Positions 8,691 through 16,141 of a stretch of DNA of 64,000 bases are shown here, piece after piece. Every line of letters begins with the position of its first letter. Position 1 is the stretch's first letter. The notes beneath the pieces are model-generated. The model was not told where the DNA came from. It made no database searches and saw only the letters and a list, made by a program, of their open reading frames with translations. The stretch lies in contig CAYNMD010000001.1 in NCBI GenBank assembly GCA_964398485.1, positions 5,072-69,071 of the forward strand, written 5' to 3'. The translations under genes and the position numbers were made by a program. This DNA comes from an uncultured Bdellovibrionales bacterium. Its GTDB lineage: Bacteria; Patescibacteriota; Minisyncoccia; Moranbacterales; UBA1568.

Positions 8691-9341
8691 ATGGAACATA
8701 AACAAAGAGGTGCATTATATGTTGGCTTAGGTCTAGTTCTCATCTTTGGGCTAACCCTAGCTGTTACTTTTTATCTTGATCGGACGACTCCTTCTGAGAC
8801 ATCTACTAATAGCCAGAATCTTCCTCAATCAAAAGAAGGGCCTCGAGAGAGCAATCCTTGGATGAGTTTTGATAGCAAAAAAGACACGGGTCTAGCTTTA
8901 GGCGTGCAATTCAATTATCCAGCGGCTTGGCTTCAGAATGGGAGTCGCGATAGCGGTACCGTTTCAGTTGTCCCATTTTTTGATAAAGACAAATACTCAA
9001 AGAAATGTGAGACCGTAAGTAATGGATCTGTAAACTGTCCTGAGACGGGGTTAGTGGCACAAATTATTGTAAGCAACTCCTCTTACGCTGCTCCAAAGAC
9101 TACTTACAAAGATCAGAAAAATGAAAAAATTACTATCGGTGGACAAGTGGGTGTTAAAATTTCAGGCGTAGTAAAATCAGAAAGTCTCAGCCATGTTGCT
9201 TCGGTAGGGAAAAAAGAAACTCGAGTAATTGTCATGGGATTAGACAACCAGCAATATGAGTTTGTTATGATTACTGAAAACTCTGCACAAGATGAAATTT
9301 TCAATGAAATTATCAAAACTACAACGTTTGGAAATAAGTAA
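8691..9341 (+). CDS. hypothetical secreted/membrane-anchored protein
   Basis: N-terminal TM/signal (LYVGLGLVLIFGLTLAVTFYL); Ser/Thr-rich; AT-rich relative to neighbours. Confidence 0.5.
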   Translation: MEHKQRGALYVGLGLVLIFGLTLAVTFYLDRTTPSETSTNSQNLPQSKEGPRESNPWMSFDSKKDTGLALGVQFNYPAAWLQNGSRDSGTVSVVPFFDKDKYSKKCETVSNGSVNCPETGLVAQIIVSNSSYAAPKTTYKDQKNEKITIGGQVGVKISGVVKSESLSHVASVGKKETRVIVMGLDNQQYEFVMITENSAQDEIFNEIIKTTTFGNK

Positions 9342-9347
9342 AAGAAT

Positions 9348-9380
9348 GGGGGGCGCCTAAAAATATCTCAGGCACCCCCC
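9348..9380. terminator. hairpin between convergent genes (GGGGGGCGCC-loop-GGCACCCCCC)
   Basis: 10-bp near-perfect inverted repeat; no strong U-tract on either strand. Confidence 0.35.
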
Positions 9381-9406
9381 TGTCGTCACATCTCTGCTGC
9401 CGTGGT

Positions 9407-11008
9407 TTACTGCGTGTTGGTTGAGGCGTAGTACGCGTTGCAACCGACAGCGTACTCGTTCAGCGTGAGACCTTCCATGAGTACGAGGCCTAGCTCAGCA
9501 ACCGTACTGGCGCTGCTGCCGTTGTAGGACACCTGAAAATGAAGGTGTGTACCGGTTGAACTCCCTCCGGTACTACCAACCGTTCCCAGTTGATCCCCCT
9601 GGTTCACTGCCCCAGAAGTTATGAGGCTTTGAGCTGTCATGTGGCCATAAAGAGTCTTGTAGCCATTGCCATGGTTGACCCTTACCCAATGACCGTAGCC
9701 AGATGCGTCGTAACCGTAGTCACCGGTATCGACCGTACCACTTGCCGCAGCATAGATCGGCACATTGCTCTCCGAGCCATTCTGTTGGGAATAGTCGTCG
9801 AAGTCGAGCGAATAGTATCCGCTACCCGTATGGTAGGTATCGGTACCCCCGCCACAGAACACGGTACCGCCAGCTTGAACTGTCAACAGCCAGTTCTTTC
9901 CACCAGGCAGAGGAAGTTTCATAGCCAGAAGACTGCGGACCGGCCAGACATTCCTTGACACTGATTTGTTTTCGGCTGCCTTGTGACCAGCAGCAACACC
10001 AGAGGACCATGCCTTGGTGGGCGTACCCACCACTGTGGTCGATGACCACCGCGTACTTGTTGTATTGGTGAATGGGTGCCCAGTAGTCAGAGCTGGATTC
10101 AAGTTCTCGATATCCAACAAACTTCTCAGGTCAACGATGTTGGGAAGACGCCAGTCGGTGTAACCGAAGTTGGCATTACTGCCCGTATTCATGTTGGCCA
10201 CATAGTCCAAGGCCTGTTGCCAAGTGCCGCCGGAAAGACTGGAATTCTCCGTCCACATGAGACCAGTGAATCGATCAGTCACCGTGCCATTGCCATGGTT
10301 GATGAACCGAGATACAGGCGGGGTAACGCCAACTTCTAGGTCACCGTCATCTCGGGTGGCATAGCTCGTTGACTGACCAGTCTTTTGAAGGGTTATCTTC
10401 CCTCCACTTCCTGTCCTTACTGGCCACACATACCGTGTGCCCGCCTTACTGCCCGTTGCGAGACCTCCTGTTTCAAATTGGGCAAGCCATGCACCGCCAC
10501 CTGGACTACTTGCCCAGCCCGAGAAGGTGGTGGTGGAGGTGTAGTAATAGATAGTAGATCCGGACTGAACATTCGTAAATGGATGTCCACTAGTGATTGC
10601 GGGACCTGTACTTTCATGATTCACGAGACTTAGCAACTCAACCACATTCGGGAGTCGCCAGTCGGTGTAACCGAAGTTGGCATAGGTTCCTGCATTCATG
10701 CCCGCCACATAGTCAAGCGCCTGCTGCCAAGTTTTCGTGCCTGCAGGAAGGTTGGCACTCTGTGACCACATGAGGCCAGTCATGTTGTCCGTGACCGTGC
10801 CGTTCCCATGGCTCGTGAAGCGAGGGCTTACCAAGGGGACGCCAGCCAGGGTGGCGCCGTCGTGTCCGGTACCGGCGCAAGCAATGGATGACCCATATGC
10901 GTCGTAACAGGAAGTCTGGCCGGTTCTTGGCAGTTCCACTGCCCAAGATGAGATCATCAAGCAGGCAAGAAACCAGCCGATGACAAGGGTGCCGATACGA
11001 TTTCTCAT
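9407..11008 (-). CDS. secreted protein with two DUF1566 (Lcl C-terminal-like) repeats and a C-terminal M23 peptidase domain
   Basis: Signal peptide; two copies of ...HGNGTVTD..TGLMW...GYTDWRLPN(V/I)VEL..L; C-terminus HxxxD...GSTGGSSTGTHLHFQV typical of M23/LytM; GC about 56%, higher than the genome. Confidence 0.75.
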   Translation of the reverse strand: MRNRIGTLVIGWFLACLMISSWAVELPRTGQTSCYDAYGSSIACAGTGHDGATLAGVPLVSPRFTSHGNGTVTDNMTGLMWSQSANLPAGTKTWQQALDYVAGMNAGTYANFGYTDWRLPNVVELLSLVNHESTGPAITSGHPFTNVQSGSTIYYYTSTTTFSGWASSPGGGAWLAQFETGGLATGSKAGTRYVWPVRTGSGGKITLQKTGQSTSYATRDDGDLEVGVTPPVSRFINHGNGTVTDRFTGLMWTENSSLSGGTWQQALDYVANMNTGSNANFGYTDWRLPNIVDLRSLLDIENLNPALTTGHPFTNTTSTRWSSTTVVGTPTKAWSSGVAAGHKAAENKSVSRNVWPVRSLLAMKLPLPGGKNWLLTVQAGGTVFCGGGTDTYHTGSGYYSLDFDDYSQQNGSESNVPIYAAASGTVDTGDYGYDASGYGHWVRVNHGNGYKTLYGHMTAQSLITSGAVNQGDQLGTVGSTGGSSTGTHLHFQVSYNGSSASTVAELGLVLMEGLTLNEYAVGCNAYYASTNTQ

Positions 11009-11170
11009 CGATTACTCCAAAAGTTAACAAAACCATAAAACACTAAACTGGTTAAGGTAGCTGCTCTATAGGAGGTCTCCCAAGTTGTTAATGAGCATAA
11101 TTATCCTGGTGTCTTTTGATCGTTTTGTCAATAATACAACAAATAGTATCCTTGTTATTGTACAGACAAT

Positions 11171-11186
11171 ATGTTCTAACTTCGTC
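11171..11186 (+). repeat. 16-nt direct repeat ATGTTCTAACTTCGTC (copy 1)
   Basis: Exact repeat with 11828-11843, flanking the 11204-11800 gene. Confidence 0.7.
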
Positions 11187-11203
11187 CCAGCATCCCCGCC
11201 ATT

Positions 11204-11800
11204 ATGTTTACACTTCAAAAAAGAATACTATTCGTTATCCTTTTCTTGTTTTCTACCGGGATTTTTTTATACATTCTTAACAAGGAAAGAGTTCCTCAAA
11301 ATCCAGAAAGTATCAGCGAGGAATTGCCAATAACACAATCAACAACAGATCTAGGAGACCTCTATAAAGACTGGGTGACTTATCAGAATAGGCAGTTAGG
11401 ATTTCAAACTCTTATCCCAGATAAGAGCCCTCTCACGGAAGAACTGGATGAAAACTTTATATATTTCCCCTTCGATGATAAAGAAATCCCTAGCTTAGGT
11501 AATTTTAGAAGTTCAGTCACAATTGGGATTGCTCAAGGAAATTTTATCAATCGAGGTACACGATATAACCCAAACGAAACAGCCACTAGTAAATATCTAG
11601 GTGAAATAAATGGTTTAAAGGCTTATGAAATTATCCATGAAACAGATACTGGCGAAATCGAAGGGATGTTGACTATGTTTATTGGACCTACTTTTGACTA
11701 CTACATAGACATGTCTGGTGGGGAATTTCCAAAAACATATACACCAGAGGAACAAACAGCCTATCGCATAGTAGTTAAAAACTTTAGACTTATCCCTTGA
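11204..11800 (+). CDS. hypothetical membrane-anchored protein (AT-rich gene)
   Basis: N-terminal TM (ILFVILFLFSTGIFLYIL); no recognisable domain; about 35% GC. Confidence 0.5.
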   Translation: MFTLQKRILFVILFLFSTGIFLYILNKERVPQNPESISEELPITQSTTDLGDLYKDWVTYQNRQLGFQTLIPDKSPLTEELDENFIYFPFDDKEIPSLGNFRSSVTIGIAQGNFINRGTRYNPNETATSKYLGEINGLKAYEIIHETDTGEIEGMLTMFIGPTFDYYIDMSGGEFPKTYTPEEQTAYRIVVKNFRLIP

Positions 11801-11827
11801 ATTCAAAAGATTGGGAGTTAATAAACC

Positions 11828-11843
11828 ATGTTCTAACTTCGTC
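11828..11843 (+). repeat. 16-nt direct repeat ATGTTCTAACTTCGTC (copy 2)
   Basis: Exact repeat of 11171-11186; followed by an extended -10-like TGTATAAT. Confidence 0.7.
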
Positions 11844-11902
11844 TCAACATGTCTAAAAAACTTGTATAATATACAAAGTCCAATAGTTAAAAACTCATAC
11901 GT

Positions 11903-12328
11903 ATGCCAACAATAAACCCCTACATTAACTTCAATGGTAATGCCGAAGAGGCGTTCAAGTTTTATCAATCTGTTTTTGGTGGAGAGTTTGCCGAGGTTAT
12001 CCGCTTTAAAGATATCGCGAGTGCCGAGTTTCCCGTACCTGAAAAAGAGGCGGATAAAATAATGCGTATCGCTCTTCCTATTGGTGGTAATGTTTTGATT
12101 GCTAACGATGTACCCGAAGCGATGGGACGGGTCAACGAAAACGAAAACCGCTCAAAAATTGCTGTTGTGACAGAGAGCCAAGAAGAGGCTGATAGAATCT
12201 TTAGTGGTCTTTCGGTAGGGGGAACAGTAGAAATGCCTATGACGGCAAGTCCTTGGGGAACCTCTTTTGCTATGTTCCGGGACAAGTATGGGATCGAATG
12301 GACTGTAGAATTCGCTGCCAAAAAATAA
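11903..12328 (+). CDS. VOC/glyoxalase-like protein (PhnB/YjdN-type)
   Basis: 141 aa; family-typical N-terminus (INPYINFNGNAEEAFKFYQSVFGGEF) and C-terminal EMPM...WG..FAM..D.YGIEW. Confidence 0.7.
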   Translation: MPTINPYINFNGNAEEAFKFYQSVFGGEFAEVIRFKDIASAEFPVPEKEADKIMRIALPIGGNVLIANDVPEAMGRVNENENRSKIAVVTESQEEADRIFSGLSVGGTVEMPMTASPWGTSFAMFRDKYGIEWTVEFAAKK

Positions 12329-12376
12329 TTGATGGAGCAAATGTTTCATTTGATCCCGCTTGTTTATTGCTGAAGT

Positions 12377-13114
12377 ATGCTCAAAATTATTTCTCTCAAT
12401 CTCGAACGATCGAAACACCTCCATCTCAACCTCCCATTTTTTCAACGAGAAAATCCTGATGTGCTCTGTCTCCAAGAAGTATTGGAAGCCGATATCGACC
12501 GTATCGCCCAAGAAACAGGCCTGGGGCATCATCTTTGGCTGCGGGATATATTGACCGATGCGCCGGCTAATAGCGATGGCAAAACTGGATACTCTGGCCC
12601 AGCTCTATTTGCTCGTAGTCCCTTTATTGCTTCCGGGAGCGAGTATTACTATATGCCCCAAAACGGTATTCAGCTTGAGCGAGAGTCCGAGTTTTATTCG
12701 GAGACTAACGCTCATGGTATCGTCTGGGCTACGGTGGAGAAAGGGGATGAGCAGTACACCTTGGTAACCACTCATTTTACTTGGTCAGAAGATGGTAGAG
12801 CTACTGAGAAACAAAAATCTGATTTTGAACATTTGAAAAAAATTTTGGATACGCTCCCGCCGCATATTTTGACGGGCGATCTCAATGCTCCTCGTGGTTT
12901 TGGTATATGGGAAAAATTTGTTGCTTATTATGGTAGAGACTATATCCCACAAGGAATCACCTCTACTATCGACCCCAATCTTCATCGAGTGAAAAATCTC
13001 CAGTTGGTGGTGGATGGCATATTTGCTCACCCGATGTATCATGTCGATGAAGTAGCCATGGTTGAAGGAGTGAGTGATCACAAAGCGCTCGTCGCTTCTA
13101 TCACACAGCATTGA
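12377..13114 (+). CDS. endonuclease/exonuclease/phosphatase (EEP) family protein
   Basis: LCLQEV..., GDLNAPRG, SDHKAL motifs. Confidence 0.75.
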   Translation: MLKIISLNLERSKHLHLNLPFFQRENPDVLCLQEVLEADIDRIAQETGLGHHLWLRDILTDAPANSDGKTGYSGPALFARSPFIASGSEYYYMPQNGIQLERESEFYSETNAHGIVWATVEKGDEQYTLVTTHFTWSEDGRATEKQKSDFEHLKKILDTLPPHILTGDLNAPRGFGIWEKFVAYYGRDYIPQGITSTIDPNLHRVKNLQLVVDGIFAHPMYHVDEVAMVEGVSDHKALVASITQH

Positions 13115-13149
13115 GCAGCGTAGATAATTTTTTTTGGCGGGAATGTCTG

Positions 13150-13190
13150 TATAAAAAAGAAAACGGGCACTGTTCGTTGAACAGTGCCCG
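13150..13190 (-). terminator. rho-independent terminator for the minus-strand GC-rich gene
   Basis: Perfect 12-bp stem CGGGCACTGTTC/GAACAGTGCCCG with a 4-nt loop, followed on the minus strand by a U-rich tract (plus-strand A-run 13152-13163). Confidence 0.6.
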
Positions 13191-13209
13191 GGCGGGTCAG
13201 GTGTGACCC

Positions 13210-14016
13210 TTACTTGTTGGAGCGGCGTCCGCTGCGGCGAGCGGTACCGCCGAGAGCGAACAGGGCCAGTGCGGCGAGCGACAGCGAGGCTGGCGTCGGC
13301 ACGGACGAGGTCACCGTGTTGGACCAGTGGGCCGTGTAGTCCTGGCATTTCGCACCGGCGATGCTCGTGTCACCGCAGAAGTTGTACGCCTGCATGATGG
13401 TGGCCGAGAAGCCGGTGGAGCCGTTGATGGTGTTGTCCGTGTACTTCACCACGCCGTTCACCCGGTACTCGTAGGCTGAGCCAGTGAAGCTGATCGAGAG
13501 ATCGGTCCAGGCGTCGTAGTCGATGGCCACGCCGAGGTCCACCCACGCCAAGCCTTCCCAGATGCGGAGGCGCGCGCCGCCGTCACCGTAGTTGGTGAAG
13601 CCGATGATGGGGTAGTCAGTGACGGCTGAACCATTGGTCATGACGCCCCACATGTCGGTGCGGACGTGCCCGTTCTGGGTATTGGCCCACTCCTCGGGGA
13701 TCCAGAGCGCTGCCGAGAGCACCGATCCAGCACCGCCCGAGATGGCATGTTGCTGCCCCTGGGTGTTGTAGAAGGTGCTCTGGTAGGCGGCCGGGCGGTT
13801 GCTCAGCCCATCGGCTTCGGAGATGCCGATGGCGAGGACATCGTTGCGGCCCTGGTAGGTGCCGATGTCACCGAAGCTGTGCGGGTCGTAGCGGTCCGTC
13901 ACCCAGCCCACGGGGGCGTTGTCGAAACTCGGCATCACCAGCGCCGCCTGTGCGGGGAGAATCCCCAGCAAGAGACCAGTCAAGCCGGCCAGGAAAGTCA
14001 GAAACCTCTTCGTCAT
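13210..14016 (-). CDS. secreted protein with PEP-CTERM-like C-terminal sorting signal; very GC-rich
   Basis: ATG at 14014-16 with RBS ACAGGAG (the tool's start is an upstream TTG); signal peptide ...GILPAQA; C-terminus VPTPASLSLAALALFALGG-TARRSGRRSNK (PxP motif + TM + Arg-rich tail); GC about 65% with near-saturated GC3. Confidence 0.55.
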   Translation of the reverse strand: MTKRFLTFLAGLTGLLLGILPAQAALVMPSFDNAPVGWVTDRYDPHSFGDIGTYQGRNDVLAIGISEADGLSNRPAAYQSTFYNTQGQQHAISGGAGSVLSAALWIPEEWANTQNGHVRTDMWGVMTNGSAVTDYPIIGFTNYGDGGARLRIWEGLAWVDLGVAIDYDAWTDLSISFTGSAYEYRVNGVVKYTDNTINGSTGFSATIMQAYNFCGDTSIAGAKCQDYTAHWSNTVTSSVPTPASLSLAALALFALGGTARRSGRRSNK

Positions 14017-14069
14017 GTCGCGAACTCCTGTTGTCAACGAAACACACCCACCACGGGTGCGTTCTGAGG

Positions 14070-14098
14070 AGGATAGAATATTTTTGTACTTTTGTCAA
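14070..14098 (-). promoter_or_regulatory. sigma70-like promoter (TTGACA-N17-TATCCT) for the PEP-CTERM-like gene
   Basis: Read on the minus strand: TTGACAAAAGTACAAAAATATTCTATCCT, about 50 nt upstream of the ATG. Confidence 0.4.
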
Positions 14099-14143
14099 CC
14101 AATTCTTGCGAAGAATCCTTTTTGGAAAACGAATGAGTGATCT

Positions 14144-14806
14144 CTAGATTGAAAGAAGAAGGAACATAACGATTGAGTGGAGAGTGCTCCCCAGAAGGAC
14201 AAAGACATGGAAGATCTCATGCATCCAAAAGTATCGCTTGGGAGGGAAGTGATCCTCCAGAACGAAGAAGAGAACACCAAGGGTGTAAGCAATCCCACCA
14301 CTTGCGAGGAGGATAAGCATGAGAGAAGTGAGATTCTCTCGCAGGGGTTGGAAAGCGATGAGGATCAGCCATCCCATGGCGAGATAGAGTGTCACAGAGA
14401 GGAAAGAGGGGCGTCGGAGATCAAAAAGTTTGATGCCAAAACTTACGAGCGCCAATCCCCAGATAACGCCAAAGAGTGACCAGCGCCAGCCACCATCTAG
14501 CCCAATAAAAAGAACCGGGGTATAGGTCGCTGCAATGAGAATGGAAATGAGGGCATGATCGAGTCTTTGTGCCCAGGCTTTGGTGCGAGGCCACCGTGGC
14601 GATAGGAGGTGGTAGCTGGTACTGCCGAGATAGAGGAGTATCATCCCACTGCCAAAAAGAGTGTACCCAGTGATATGCCAACCATCGAGTGAAGAGGATT
14701 GGATCAAGAGAAGAACGAGAATAGTGATAGCGCCAGCTGTTCCAACGAGATGGAGGAGTCCGCTGACAATGTCGTTGGAGCGGTCGCGAAGCGAGGTGAA
14801 TTCCAT
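14144..14806 (-). CDS. hemolysin III family channel protein (HlyIII/PAQR/YqfA)
   Basis: 7-TM protein, 220 aa, with HlyIII-family conserved His residues (YHL..., MHEIFH). Confidence 0.85.
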   Translation of the reverse strand: MEFTSLRDRSNDIVSGLLHLVGTAGAITILVLLLIQSSSLDGWHITGYTLFGSGMILLYLGSTSYHLLSPRWPRTKAWAQRLDHALISILIAATYTPVLFIGLDGGWRWSLFGVIWGLALVSFGIKLFDLRRPSFLSVTLYLAMGWLILIAFQPLRENLTSLMLILLASGGIAYTLGVLFFVLEDHFPPKRYFWMHEIFHVFVLLGSTLHSIVMFLLLSI

Positions 14807-14823
14807 ACTATGATGGAGAAAGG

Positions 14824-14897
14824 TGGACCGTATCGGATTCGAACCGATGACCCCCGCTTTGCAAAAGCGGTGCTCTAGCCAACTGAGCTAACGGCCC
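14824..14897 (-). tRNA. tRNA-Ala (anticodon TGC)
   Basis: Reverse complement GGGCCGTTAGCTCAGTTGGCTAGAGCACCGCTTTTGCAAAGCGGGGGTCATCGGTTCGAATCCGATACGGTCCA; G3.U70 Ala identity pair; anticodon loop TTTGCAA. Confidence 0.85.
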
Positions 14898-14975
14898 TAG
14901 GACATTCGTGAGTATAGGGGATAATGCTTTGTCTGTCGAGAGTGCTATACTAGAGATACTTTTTATCTATACTGT

Positions 14976-15380
14976 ATGGGACTTTTTTCTCTCTATACCA
15001 ACAAAAAAGCTGCCGGAGATGCAGCGGGTATTTCTGGTGGTGGTAATCCTGATGATCGTCCGAGGCCAGTCGTGCGCCCTCGAGATGATGAGGGGAGCGA
15101 AAAGAAAAGGATTTGGCGTGATTCCGAGGGACACATATCCACTTGGGAGATTCCCAAGGTTTTGAGCCGATTGAGAGGTCGACACGGTTTTAGTCAGCGT
15201 AAGGCAGCTATTGTTGATGCGGTAACTCATAATGCTCTTGATGAGCGAGGAGGGCAAAAGGGTATGAATGCTGGTGAACTCAATGAAACCATGGAAGCAC
15301 TGGAACAAGATGCTCATAAACTTGGTCTTACAAAAGATGACCTTGCCGCTGTTCGCACGGAGCTGGAAGAGAAACTCTAA
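14976..15380 (+). CDS. hypothetical protein
   Basis: 134-aa ORF, Gly/Arg-rich N-terminus, acidic helical C-terminus; no domain recognised. Confidence 0.35.
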   Translation: MGLFSLYTNKKAAGDAAGISGGGNPDDRPRPVVRPRDDEGSEKKRIWRDSEGHISTWEIPKVLSRLRGRHGFSQRKAAIVDAVTHNALDERGGQKGMNAGELNETMEALEQDAHKLGLTKDDLAAVRTELEEKL

Positions 15381-15391
15381 TATTTTCTGAC

Positions 15392-16084
15392 ATGGAACTC
15401 TTTATTGATCGAGCACAGCAGTTTATTGTCTTTATTTCCGACAAAGTACCGTTGGAACTTTTTGTGTTTGTAGGGGCTTTGCTCGAAGAAATCATTGCCC
15501 CTATTCCATCTATGTTGGTAATGACCACCGCCGGGCTGCTTTCTCATGCCGAGGGGCACACGGTGTTTTTTCTCTTCTGGCTGGTGTTTATAGGAAATCT
15601 CGGCAAAATTCTTGGTTCACTTGGTTGGTACGTTGTAGGAGACAAAATAGAGGATGTGGTGGTGGGCCGATTCGGGAGATTTTTTGGACTAACACATGAA
15701 GATATCGAGCGGGTTGGTAAGAAGTTTACCGGGAAGGTATGGCAAGATGGAGCGCTTATTTTCTTGTTACGAGCGATTCCTTTCTTCCCTAGTCTCGCGG
15801 TTTCACTTGCCTGTGGTGTGATCAAAATCGAGCTGAAAACTTTTGTGCTTGCCTCCTACTTGGGGAACGTGGTCAAAGATACTCTCTATATCATGATGGG
15901 ATATTTTGGTGCTCAGGCTTTCCGGACACTCCTCCTTGAAATGGAGAGAGTTCGGTTTGGCCTTGGTTTCCTGATTATCATAGGAGTAGTAGGAGTACTC
16001 GTTCTCGGGTATCGTCAGCGTCACCAGGGCATTCATCTCCTGGTTCGCTTCTGGGGGTGGATACGAAAACTGCTTGCTCGCTAG
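15392..16084 (+). CDS. DedA/SNARE-associated (VTT domain) membrane protein
   Basis: EEIIAPIPS..., G..LG...G, F.LRAIPF.P motif pattern. Confidence 0.8.
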   Translation: MELFIDRAQQFIVFISDKVPLELFVFVGALLEEIIAPIPSMLVMTTAGLLSHAEGHTVFFLFWLVFIGNLGKILGSLGWYVVGDKIEDVVVGRFGRFFGLTHEDIERVGKKFTGKVWQDGALIFLLRAIPFFPSLAVSLACGVIKIELKTFVLASYLGNVVKDTLYIMMGYFGAQAFRTLLLEMERVRFGLGFLIIIGVVGVLVLGYRQRHQGIHLLVRFWGWIRKLLAR

Positions 16085-16141
16085 TTCTCTTTTGTGTTAC
16101 AACCGATGAGTATTTGTTGAGGTGTACTTGAATTTTATCTT

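Noticed and set aside
13666-14140. Several plus-strand ORFs (13666-14067, 13919-14140, 13950-14147) and 13868-14098 (-) inside or over the PEP-CTERM-like gene
   Set aside because: These are artefacts of about 65% GC. The minus-strand frame has a signal peptide, sorting signal, promoter, RBS and terminator.
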